64,000 bases of DNA, taken from positions 7,533 through 71,532 of IMG/VR virus record IMGVR_UViG_3300033513_000003; one strand, written 5' to 3'. The position numbers and the translations under genes are program-made. Shown in pieces: positions 15,138 to 23,335 of the stretch (position 1 is the stretch's first letter; each line of letters begins with the position of its first letter). The notes beneath the pieces were generated by a model, which worked only from the letters and a program-made list of their open reading frames with translations, was not told where the DNA came from and searched no databases. This stretch comes from a virus. Taxonomy: Duplodnaviria; Caudoviricetes.

Positions 15138-15929
15138 ATGGGACGGTTACAAGCATTGGATGACAATCGCGCCTACTCTAACTGGGTGATGGTTGGTCCT
15201 GATAATACAATGATGTGTCGTTGCGCTGAGAAGCGTGCGCGATGGTATCTTGATCGTGGGTTGGCGGAGCAGATTTCGAATGATCCTCCTACCGTGCGTC
15301 TTAACTTCACTCCTGGAGGTCCTGGTAATCAGGGAGATGCGTTTAGCCTTGCTGCGAAGCATAATCGTTGTGTTGTGTGCGGTGCTAAGGAAGATCTCAC
15401 TAAGCATCATATCGTGCCGTATATGTATCGTAGGTTTTTGCCTGCAGAGGTGAAAGGTCGTTCTTCGCATGACGTTGTCGTTATCTGTATTGATTGTCAT
15501 GATGCGTATGAGAGGCATGCAACGGAATTGAAGATGGTGATTGCGAAGGAGAAAGGTCTTGAGTATAACGAAGGATCGAGGATGACACCTGAAGCAAGAG
15601 ATTACCATCGCGTTACGTCTTTTGCTCATACATTGATTACTCAGGGAGAGAGGATTCCGAGAAAGCGGCGGGAGGCTATGATGGACCTGATCACAGGAAT
15701 TATTGGTCGCGTACCTTCTACTGATGATCTTATTGAATTGTCGTATAGCGAGAAGTGGATGGAGTTGCCAGAATACAATCCTGGCAAGTCTATTGTGGAT
15801 AATGTTATCGCAGCGGGAGAGTTGCAGCCTTTTGTTGAGAGGTGGAGAGCACATTTCCTTGATATAGCGAAGCCAGCGTACATGCCAGAGTTCTGGAGTG
15901 TTACAAGACCAATTGTTATTGAAAGGTGA
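15138..15929 (+). CDS. HNH-like protein resembling the C-terminal domain of eukaryotic EXD2
   Basis: PDNTMMCRC..KRARWYLDRG, K.NRCVVCG, HIVPYMYRRFLP...RSSHDVVVICIDCH match the recalled EXD2 C-terminal pattern. Confidence 0.65.
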   Translation: MGRLQALDDNRAYSNWVMVGPDNTMMCRCAEKRARWYLDRGLAEQISNDPPTVRLNFTPGGPGNQGDAFSLAAKHNRCVVCGAKEDLTKHHIVPYMYRRFLPAEVKGRSSHDVVVICIDCHDAYERHATELKMVIAKEKGLEYNEGSRMTPEARDYHRVTSFAHTLITQGERIPRKRREAMMDLITGIIGRVPSTDDLIELSYSEKWMELPEYNPGKSIVDNVIAAGELQPFVERWRAHFLDIAKPAYMPEFWSVTRPIVIER

Positions 15930-15931
15930 AT

Positions 15932-16372
15932 ATGCGTTTGGATAATAGGGATATTTTGAGCATCGCGTTAGCAGGAGAGCATGTGCAGCCTAAAGGGCTG
16001 GAGGATCAGATTGTGGTTGATTACTTCCAGTATAGGGATAGCACATACGATGGAATGATATCGCTGTATGCAGCAAAGGCACTTATCCCATATTCGGAGT
16101 TCACTAATGACATCGAATCGTTGTTTGATGGCATTGAGGTTACAACTGAATATGATGTGACTGATGAGCGTAAAGTGTGCAATGAGATTGCAAGGCGGAC
16201 ACGTAGGGGTGTTGGTGAAGTGTATAAGATCGGTGAGAAGGTGTTTTGCATCTATAGCAGCCCACGGATGAGGATACCAGCGGATATGCCTATTGTGCAG
16301 GCATTCATTGGTGGCGAAGATAGGTATGCGCGATCACCATTGTTTGATTCATATGTGGTTAGAATACGATAA
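15932..16372 (+). CDS. Hypothetical protein
   Basis: ORF in operon. Confidence 0.7.
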   Translation: MRLDNRDILSIALAGEHVQPKGLEDQIVVDYFQYRDSTYDGMISLYAAKALIPYSEFTNDIESLFDGIEVTTEYDVTDERKVCNEIARRTRRGVGEVYKIGEKVFCIYSSPRMRIPADMPIVQAFIGGEDRYARSPLFDSYVVRIR

Positions 16373-16382
16373 GGAGAAAAAG

Positions 16383-16628
16383 ATGAAAGTGTATCATGTG
16401 TATGATGATGGTAGCGAGTTTGCTGATGACGATGACTTTTACGGTGAGATCGAGGGGATGTTCGATGAATCGGGTAACCTGCTTGGTGCTTGGTCATTGA
16501 ATGACGCACACTGGCGTGGCGAGTATATGAACGGCTTTATGAAGAAGCTGGGCATAGATGTTGTTAAGGCACCAGCTTCGAGACGCGAAGAGTTTCTCAA
16601 GAAGCTGAGAGAGGATATGGGCTGCTAA
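16383..16628 (+). CDS. Small acidic hypothetical protein
   Basis: AGGAG RBS. Confidence 0.7.
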   Translation: MKVYHVYDDGSEFADDDDFYGEIEGMFDESGNLLGAWSLNDAHWRGEYMNGFMKKLGIDVVKAPASRREEFLKKLREDMGC

Positions 16629-16629
16629 T

Positions 16630-16782
16630 ATGTTTCCAGATCTGAATAGAATATTCAACGACATTTCGAAGTGGTTCTGGATCACAATTGCACTAGCTAT
16701 TGTTGGTGCGGTATCTCTGGTGACGGGAATTGGCTTTGCACTGTATTGGTTGTTCACTCACACTACAATCGTTTTTGGATAG
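16630..16782 (+). CDS. Small membrane protein (50 aa)
   Basis: MFPDLNRIFNDISKWFWITIALAIVGAVSLV...; translated by hand. Confidence 0.6.
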   Translation: MFPDLNRIFNDISKWFWITIALAIVGAVSLVTGIGFALYWLFTHTTIVFG

Positions 16783-16790
16783 GAACTGCA

Positions 16791-17126
16791 ATGCGGACAG
16801 ATGAAGAAGGATATGATAAACCCAGCATAAGGCCCTGTGAGTGTTGTGGACAACTGCGACCTTATCCAACAGAGCCTGATGAGGTATGGGAGTTTATCGG
16901 CATGGTTGAATTGAGGAGGCATGGTAGTGATGCCAAGTGGACACAAATCAGAACTGTGCGAGGATACGAATATGACAATCCTGTCCTTTGGATTATTCCT
17001 ACCAACCCCGAAGAATACTTTGAGCAGGATCTCAAAGAGATGGGTGACGATCCTGACCTCAGGATTTGGTGGCCAAGCAATGTTATGTGGAGGAAGGTAG
17101 ATGGCATTAGCACTATTCACAGATAG
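16791..17126 (+). CDS. Hypothetical protein with CxCCG motif
   Basis: AGGA RBS. Confidence 0.6.
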   Translation: MRTDEEGYDKPSIRPCECCGQLRPYPTEPDEVWEFIGMVELRRHGSDAKWTQIRTVRGYEYDNPVLWIIPTNPEEYFEQDLKEMGDDPDLRIWWPSNVMWRKVDGISTIHR

Positions 17127-17370
17127 GTCAGAAGAGAACAGGCTTCGACGTGAGATCAAGCAGCTGAAGAATGAGATCAAAAAGCTGAAGAATGACAAAG
17201 AGTTGCAGTGTCAACCAGATACGGTACAGTACGTTGGCTTTATCAATATTGGCGAGAATGGTATCATTGACAACTGGCACTTTGATGAAGCATTGCCAAA
17301 GAGTGCATATCCAATCTACATCAGAGAAAAGGACATACTACGATGCACTACGGTGGGCAGCCATGAGTGA
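17101..17370 (+). CDS. Hypothetical coiled-coil protein
   Basis: GGAGG RBS; heptad-like segment. Confidence 0.6.
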   Translation: MALALFTDRSEENRLRREIKQLKNEIKKLKNDKELQCQPDTVQYVGFINIGENGIIDNWHFDEALPKSAYPIYIREKDILRCTTVGSHE

Positions 17371-17542
17371 CAGCTTGACAAATGAAACAAAATCGGTTAC
17401 AATCTCTACCGAGGACTACGAATACCTGAAGTCGCGAGATGAATGGTTGCAGTGCCTCGAGGCAGCGGGTGTCGATAACTGGGAAGGTTACGACTATGCA
17501 CACGAACTGAAACAGGAGAGATCGCATGAGCAAGAGGAATAG
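17363..17542 (+). CDS. Small conserved phage protein
   Basis: LQCLEAAGVDNWEGY motif common in small phage proteins. Confidence 0.7.
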   Translation: MSDSLTNETKSVTISTEDYEYLKSRDEWLQCLEAAGVDNWEGYDYAHELKQERSHEQEE

Positions 17543-17672
17543 CATGGGTGGCCACCGCCGCCGTAGGGATGATGACGATGGCAGCCCAGTTGATACTGGT
17601 GGTGATATGTCGAACAAGCGTCGTAAAGACGATCGCGTTCCTGTTCCTGACTTCGATGACGGAGATGACTAA
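17526..17672 (+). CDS. Small charged disordered protein (48 aa)
   Basis: AGGAGAG RBS; MSKRNSMGGHRRRRDDDD... Confidence 0.55.
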   Translation: MSKRNSMGGHRRRRDDDDGSPVDTGGDMSNKRRKDDRVPVPDFDDGDD

Positions 17673-17673
17673 C

Positions 17674-17895
17674 ATGTCGGAATCGGAAGAGAAGAAAAAG
17701 CAGGAGCAAGCCAATAGCGAAGGCGTTGGTGATGTCCTGGAAGAACTGGCAGATGTTGCAACTCAGTTTGCCATCAATGCTGCATCGACGACAACCGAAA
17801 TGGTTGGTAGTTGTGCAGAAGGCGTTGGCTGTGCACTAGGTGGGCTTGCGGAATGTGCAGGAGATATCCTGAGTGGAATCGGAGACGGGCTGTGA
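17674..17895 (+). CDS. Small acidic Gly/Ala-rich protein
   Basis: GGAG RBS. Confidence 0.55.
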   Translation: MSESEEKKKQEQANSEGVGDVLEELADVATQFAINAASTTTEMVGSCAEGVGCALGGLAECAGDILSGIGDGL

Positions 17896-17900
17896 CAGAT

Positions 17901-18242
17901 ATGTTTGAGCTGGAACAGGTGCGAAAAGCCTTCGAGCAAGAATACGGCGATCGGTATCAGCTAGAACGTGCTGATGACGGAACCTACATCAACGTCCATG
18001 CTGGTGTTGCATGGCATGCATGGTTGACTGCCACAATACGTGTTCAGGATGCTGTGACCAATCTCGAAGAACGCATAGGTGATGGCGAACCTGTTGGCAT
18101 CACTGGTGAGTTTGGTGGTGTTGAATTCTTTGAGCCTGTTGACCCCAACTCATATCTTTATGTACACTACTTCACGAGCCAAGATATTGCTGAGGCTGAA
18201 AAGCGGGCAGCTGAGATGGCCAAGTTCCTAAAGATTGAATAA
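17901..18242 (+). CDS. Hypothetical protein
   Basis: ORF in operon. Confidence 0.65.
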   Translation: MFELEQVRKAFEQEYGDRYQLERADDGTYINVHAGVAWHAWLTATIRVQDAVTNLEERIGDGEPVGITGEFGGVEFFEPVDPNSYLYVHYFTSQDIAEAEKRAAEMAKFLKIE

Positions 18243-18251
18243 GGAGACAGT

Positions 18252-18734
18252 ATGTGCACACACGAGAATCATTCGCAGCGATGGGTAACAGAAGTTGATG
18301 AATGTACAGGTGATGTGGAGGGACATTGGGTTGATGCTTACGAATCATGTCTAGTTGATATCAACTTATACCAATATATGTGCATAAAGTGTCATAAAGT
18401 GATGTACTATTCAAACGATGCACAGAGAAGCTGCCAACTAGCGAGCGAAAGAGAGAAATATATGAAAGCATTTATGGAAAAGATAAAAGATGTGTTTATG
18501 GCTGGTGTTTTTGTTGTGGCCATTGTAATTGTTGTAATAATGGGCGTTCTCGTGGCTCGTCAGCCGAATGATCGCGAAGGACCAGCAACTGCTTATGGCA
18601 AGTACTGGGATGACCTTGTCAAGGAAAAGCATTGCGCTGTTGCAGGCTATGTCAATGATGCCCATGTCGTCAAGCCATACTACAGGTGCGACGATGGTTT
18701 CCGTCAGATCAACCAAAAGAAAGCTGATCAATGA
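18252..18734 (+). CDS. Hypothetical protein, possibly a fusion of two small genes
   Basis: N-terminal CxxC module, internal GAGAG RBS before MKAFMEK, then a TM segment. Confidence 0.55.
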   Translation: MCTHENHSQRWVTEVDECTGDVEGHWVDAYESCLVDINLYQYMCIKCHKVMYYSNDAQRSCQLASEREKYMKAFMEKIKDVFMAGVFVVAIVIVVIMGVLVARQPNDREGPATAYGKYWDDLVKEKHCAVAGYVNDAHVVKPYYRCDDGFRQINQKKADQ

Positions 18735-19111
18735 AATTCACCAACAGAAGCGATATCAACACCGTTAACCAAACACTGACTGTTACCATCAATGATGGTC
18801 TTGTGGCATTCGAGCACAATATACCAGACCATAGTATGCGGCGAATGAAAAATGCTGCTTTACCGGAGGGTAATGATTTGGTGATTGTGTTTGGTCGTAA
18901 AGGATTCAGTATTGTTGATTGTCGTGAGGATGAAGCACAATCTATACCAGCTAACGATTTGGTGGAATTCTTGGAGCGCGAATGCAAACGGTTGCGTGAT
19001 GTTGCAGTAGACTTCTCTGAGTCGATATCTGTCAAGGTGAAGGCCATTGAAGCGCTAAATGAAGAAATCGAAGATCTGAAAGCAGAACTTCGCATGCACA
19101 AAGGAGTATAA
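18731..19111 (+). CDS. Hypothetical protein with C-terminal coiled coil
   Basis: ATGA coupling. Confidence 0.65.
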   Translation: MKFTNRSDINTVNQTLTVTINDGLVAFEHNIPDHSMRRMKNAALPEGNDLVIVFGRKGFSIVDCREDEAQSIPANDLVEFLERECKRLRDVAVDFSESISVKVKAIEALNEEIEDLKAELRMHKGV

Positions 19112-19113
19112 AG

Positions 19114-19521
19114 ATGTCCAATCTCGATAATGCACTGCAAACAGTAGTTGTTTCAATTCCCGAATGTATTGCAGCGGGTTATATTGACGTGTCTAGCGGT
19201 ATGCTACTTGGTATCCGTTCTGTTGATTCGCAACCAACAGAAGTTGTGGAGCTGCTTGCTGCAGCGACAGCTGACCTTTATCAAGGTACCAACGTCAAAA
19301 TAATTGAAGAAATTTTCAAGAAAGCACGTGGTCTCAAGAATGATGGTCATCACTATTTCCAGGAAATCATCATCAACAGCGACAACCTGATCCATATTTT
19401 CATTCGTGGCAAAAATGAAGAGCATGTCGCGTGTTATGTCTGCCGCCGCTCTGCAAACTTGGGTATGGCACTAACAAAGGCCCGCATGGCAATGCCTGCC
19501 GTCGAAGCCTCACTACTATAA
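19114..19521 (+). CDS. Roadblock/LC7-like protein
   Basis: IPECIAAGYID..SGMLL...LAAATADLY...QEIIINSDNLIHIF...ANLGMAL pattern. Confidence 0.55.
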   Translation: MSNLDNALQTVVVSIPECIAAGYIDVSSGMLLGIRSVDSQPTEVVELLAAATADLYQGTNVKIIEEIFKKARGLKNDGHHYFQEIIINSDNLIHIFIRGKNEEHVACYVCRRSANLGMALTKARMAMPAVEASLL

Positions 19522-19530
19522 GGAGAAAAC

Positions 19531-20199
19531 ATGAAACAAGATTTGACAGATATTACCGTAGTCCTCGACCGTTCTGGTTCGATGCAACATATTGCTGCCG
19601 ACACCATTGGTGGTTTCAACACGTTCTTGAAGTCTCAAAAAGAAGCACCTGGTCAAGCAACCTTCACACTTGTGCAGTTTGACGACCAGTACGAAGTTGT
19701 CCATGACGCCAAGAACATCCAAGATGTTCCTGAGTTGGATACCACAACCTTTGTCCCACGAGGATGGACTGCTCTGCTCGATGCAATTGGGAGAACTATC
19801 AATACAACTGGTGCCAGATTGGCGGCAATGGACGAGGCTGATCGTCCAAGCAAAGTGATCTTCGTTATCATCACCGACGGTGAAGAAAACCGTAGTGCTG
19901 AATTCACCGACCGCAGCGTCATCTTTGCGAAGATCAAAGAGCAGACCGAAGTATACAGCTGGGAGTTTGTATTCCTTGGCGCAAACCAAGATGCAATCCA
20001 TGTTGGCGGAATGTTGGGCATTGACAAGTCGCGTTCGATGACGTATGCTGCAAACTCGAAAGGTACAGGACTGGCTTTTGCCGCTGCTGCGAAGTCGATG
20101 ACTGCATACCGTGGTTTGGCAGCCGGAGCTGCTGCAATGGAATCGTTCTTCAGTGAAGACGATCGTCAAGCACAAACAGATGCTGGTGCACATTCATAA
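19531..20199 (+). CDS. von Willebrand factor A (VWA) domain protein
   Basis: VVLDRSGSM MIDAS, T(ALLDAIG), IITDGEEN. Confidence 0.85.
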   Translation: MKQDLTDITVVLDRSGSMQHIAADTIGGFNTFLKSQKEAPGQATFTLVQFDDQYEVVHDAKNIQDVPELDTTTFVPRGWTALLDAIGRTINTTGARLAAMDEADRPSKVIFVIITDGEENRSAEFTDRSVIFAKIKEQTEVYSWEFVFLGANQDAIHVGGMLGIDKSRSMTYAANSKGTGLAFAAAAKSMTAYRGLAAGAAAMESFFSEDDRQAQTDAGAHS

Positions 20200-20208
20200 G
20201 GAGAGGTC

Positions 20209-20793
20209 ATGAAAGTAGCGATAGTCGGAGATGGTGTATTTGGTACCTTCTTGAAGAAGGAATTAGCAGCTCATTGTAAGATTGTTGGGTATGATGATGC
20301 TGATTATGCCATCTTGGCTGTCCCTGTTTCTGCCTACGACGAGGCTGCGTGCGAGTGGCAACACAAGCACTTAGTCAATATCTGCTCTGTGCAAACTGAA
20401 GCAGATAGGATTTGCAAAATATACAATCCACGCAAGATGACGAGCATACATCCGATGTTTGGTCCTAACAGTCCAAAAGAAGGTCGAACATGCATTGTTA
20501 CGCACAAAACAACTAGCAGCGATCGTGACCTCAGCTTGTTTGAGAACCTGCACAACACGTTGAATAAGAATCGTGGAGGCTACGATCGTCAGCTTGTGAA
20601 GATGATGGATGAAGTTGCATCGACTACAGAATTGCATCGCGCAAAAACTGGTCGTTCTGAGACGGAACAACCGAGGACGCAGCCAGTATCCGAAACCACA
20701 AAACTCATTCACATACTGCGTCACGTATTAGGTGGTGATGCACAGCCAACTGTATATTACACAGGGCGTGGAGAACATCGTGCTAGCAACTAA
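20209..20793 (+). CDS. Prephenate dehydrogenase-like N-terminal domain, C-terminus divergent
   Basis: VAIVGDGVFG Rossmann motif, AVPVS, NICSVQ, SIHPMFGP; dimerisation domain not recognisable. Confidence 0.6.
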   Translation: MKVAIVGDGVFGTFLKKELAAHCKIVGYDDADYAILAVPVSAYDEAACEWQHKHLVNICSVQTEADRICKIYNPRKMTSIHPMFGPNSPKEGRTCIVTHKTTSSDRDLSLFENLHNTLNKNRGGYDRQLVKMMDEVASTTELHRAKTGRSETEQPRTQPVSETTKLIHILRHVLGGDAQPTVYYTGRGEHRASN

Positions 20794-21061
20794 CATTGCA
20801 ATGGCCAAGCGCTACCTCGATGAAGCTGCAAAGCATATCAAGGAAGCGGATGGTGCATCACCTGAAGTAATTGCAGAGTTAATTGCTGCATGTCGTGGCA
20901 TTGATGAACACTACAAAGAGATGTGTGCAGAAGCCGATGACCGTTACGGAGACCCAGATGGTACAACATACCGTGATGGCATTTCAATTGAGTTCTATAT
21001 CGAGGCTGACTGGTGGCATGATGTTAGTCTCGCTCTTCGCAAGTTAACACCATCCAAGTAA
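20780..21061 (+). CDS. Hypothetical protein
   Basis: GGAG RBS before GTG 20780. Confidence 0.6.
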   Translation: MLATNIAMAKRYLDEAAKHIKEADGASPEVIAELIAACRGIDEHYKEMCAEADDRYGDPDGTTYRDGISIEFYIEADWWHDVSLALRKLTPSK

Positions 21062-21062
21062 A

Positions 21063-21869
21063 TCACAGAGCCCAGCGTGGTTTTGGGCTCTGTGCTTCCA
21101 CAATTGCGGAAAACTTGTCTGCTGGGACAGGCTTCGAAAATAGGTATCCTTGGCAATAACCAACATCGAGCATTGTCAGAATATTGCTTTGCTCAGTTGT
21201 TTCTATGCCTTCTGCAATAACCGAAAATCCTAGCCTGTCTGCCATCATAACAACCGCTTCAACCACAACACGGTCAACTATGGAAGTTCCAATTTCCTGT
21301 ATGAAGCTTCGATGAATCTTGACGTAATTGAAATGGAATCGCTTGAGGTATGAAAGTGCAGAATGCCCTGTACCGAAGTCATCCATTGCGATGTCAACAC
21401 CATGATACCGCAGCATGTCGATTACGTGCATAGTATCGGTATCATTTTCCAGCAACAATCCTTCTGTGATTTCAACGCACAAACTATGAGCTGGCAACCC
21501 AACTTCGGCTAGGTAGTATGGCCATGCATTAAAGTACTGTGCATTGTGCGATTTGAACTGCATTGGTGATAGATTGAAGCTGAGAGGAAGTCCTCCTTGT
21601 GTAACATGGAGCAACTCTTCGGCATAATGCACAACTTCTTTAAACACCCAGTCACCAATAGGACCAATCATATTCATTTGTTCAGCAACTGGAATAAAAC
21701 GTGCTGGTGATATTGTTCCGTATGTTGGGTGGTTCCATCGTATAAGCGCTTCTGCTTTAACGATCTTGTGTGTCTTAGCATCAACGATAGGTTGATAGTG
21801 CAATTCGAATTGGTTGAGACGGAATGCCTCCGGCAAATTCTGCGCAATTATTTCATTTGTTAGTGGCAT
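21063..21869 (-). CDS. Stand-alone EAL-domain (c-di-GMP phosphodiesterase-like) protein
   Basis: YQP, EALIRW, FNLS, EITE, DDFGTG, KI(H), AEGIET, QGYLF motifs. Confidence 0.9.
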   Translation of the reverse strand: MPLTNEIIAQNLPEAFRLNQFELHYQPIVDAKTHKIVKAEALIRWNHPTYGTISPARFIPVAEQMNMIGPIGDWVFKEVVHYAEELLHVTQGGLPLSFNLSPMQFKSHNAQYFNAWPYYLAEVGLPAHSLCVEITEGLLLENDTDTMHVIDMLRYHGVDIAMDDFGTGHSALSYLKRFHFNYVKIHRSFIQEIGTSIVDRVVVEAVVMMADRLGFSVIAEGIETTEQSNILTMLDVGYCQGYLFSKPVPADKFSAIVEAQSPKPRWAL

Positions 21870-21934
21870 TCTGTTCTCCTTAATGTATACTAATATTTAT
21901 AATTAGGGTAACTATTTTAGGGTAAAAAGATATA

Positions 21935-21973
21935 TGTTGACTATGATATACATATCGTGCATAATTGTCAACA
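21935..21973. promoter_or_regulatory. Palindromic bidirectional sigma70-type promoter
   Basis: + strand TTGACT-N17-CATAAT; - strand TTGACA-N17-TATCAT; flanked by TGTTGAC/GTCAACA. Confidence 0.6.
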
Positions 21974-21990
21974 AATATTAGGAGACCGTA

Positions 21991-22842
21991 ATGGCTTTTC
22001 GTGCACATTATTGGAGCAATAGCAAGTTTGCAGACTGGATACGCCGCAAGTTTGGTGCTCCAACAAAACTTAAATGTGGAACGTCAGAGGAATGGCATGA
22101 ATGGGGACGCGAAAGCCAAGCCAAGCATGGTATCGTCCATTGGATTGCTGACACATTCCTCGACAAACTTCAAGATTTCTTTAACTGGCCACTGGACAAA
22201 CTGGATGATATTCGAACATACTGCCGCAATCGTTTCATTGACAAACTACATTATGCCCCAACTAGGCTGGAAGCTGGCAAGTGGCATGAAACAGATACAC
22301 GTATGTTGCATGCAAACTTTGAGCTTCTCGTCGACTTTATTGAAGTAGAAAAAGCTCATATGGCATTATGGAGCGATAGCAGCAAGCCACGTCCATGGTG
22401 GAGAAAGTTTCGTTTAACTAGTTGGGCGCCATTCCGCTCTAAAGAACTTGGAATGGAATACCTACAGTGGGAAGCCAGTCTTGCCAAGAATGAAGACTGG
22501 GTGAGTAAAGATGATCCTACGTATGGACAACCTACACCTCAAGCCGAAGCTGCAAAAGAACAAATTGCGCTGTATACTTGGTGGAAGGAAGTGCGACCAG
22601 CAAGACCTGATCCAATGGATGCTTCTGGTCTTACAGCACATTACGAGCAACGCCGCAATGATGCAAAGGCGGAAGGCGATGAGAGCATGTGGGCTATCTT
22701 CAACCGCGACAAGTCGGATGATGACCGTGCCAACTGGAAAGAGATGTCGGACAAGTGCCATGCACTTGAACAGCAGTACGATGATGAAGATACAGAAATG
22801 TTGATTCGTTTGATTAAAATTCGCCACCATCTGTGGACATAA
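21991..22842 (+). CDS. Conserved-looking T4-like phage hypothetical protein
   Basis: AGGAG RBS; YWSNSKFADWIR...ANFELLVDFIEVE motif. Confidence 0.75.
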   Translation: MAFRAHYWSNSKFADWIRRKFGAPTKLKCGTSEEWHEWGRESQAKHGIVHWIADTFLDKLQDFFNWPLDKLDDIRTYCRNRFIDKLHYAPTRLEAGKWHETDTRMLHANFELLVDFIEVEKAHMALWSDSSKPRPWWRKFRLTSWAPFRSKELGMEYLQWEASLAKNEDWVSKDDPTYGQPTPQAEAAKEQIALYTWWKEVRPARPDPMDASGLTAHYEQRRNDAKAEGDESMWAIFNRDKSDDDRANWKEMSDKCHALEQQYDDEDTEMLIRLIKIRHHLWT

Positions 22843-22852
22843 GGAGAACTAG

Positions 22853-23320
22853 ATGAGACTTTACACGTTTACAAACTTTTACCTGTCGAGCATTCAGCAA
22901 GGCATTCAACCGCTGCACGTTACGAGCGAATTGTTCGTGAAATATCCGAACGAACTTCGCACACAATCGAGCGTGTATCCAGATGCTATTCTGCAAGAAT
23001 GGGCCAAGAACCACAAGACGGTAGTTTGTCTGAATGGTGGCAATAACGCTGACTTAAATGAGATCTGGGTTAAGCTGAACAGCTTTGGCCTGACACTCAA
23101 CCTGCCGTTTGCCAAGTTTCATGAAGATGAACAGTCGCTGGGTGGTGTTGTAACCAGCATGGGAATTGTAGTACCTACGGAGATTTACGAATTCGCTTCA
23201 AAGCTGCGCACAGCACGCTACCAGCCAGATGACGCACCTGGCTTGACGGACTACCCATATGGGCATCCTGTTGGACGTGAGTTTGCTGAGTTTCTGAATC
23301 AGTTTGGCCTTGCCAAATAA
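22853..23320 (+). CDS. PTH2-like (peptidyl-tRNA hydrolase II fold) phage protein
   Basis: IQQGIQ..H, W...HKTVVCLNGG, F.EDE.SL.G..T..GIV pattern. Confidence 0.5.
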   Translation: MRLYTFTNFYLSSIQQGIQPLHVTSELFVKYPNELRTQSSVYPDAILQEWAKNHKTVVCLNGGNNADLNEIWVKLNSFGLTLNLPFAKFHEDEQSLGGVVTSMGIVVPTEIYEFASKLRTARYQPDDAPGLTDYPYGHPVGREFAEFLNQFGLAK

Positions 23321-23335
23321 CAAAGGAGTACCATC

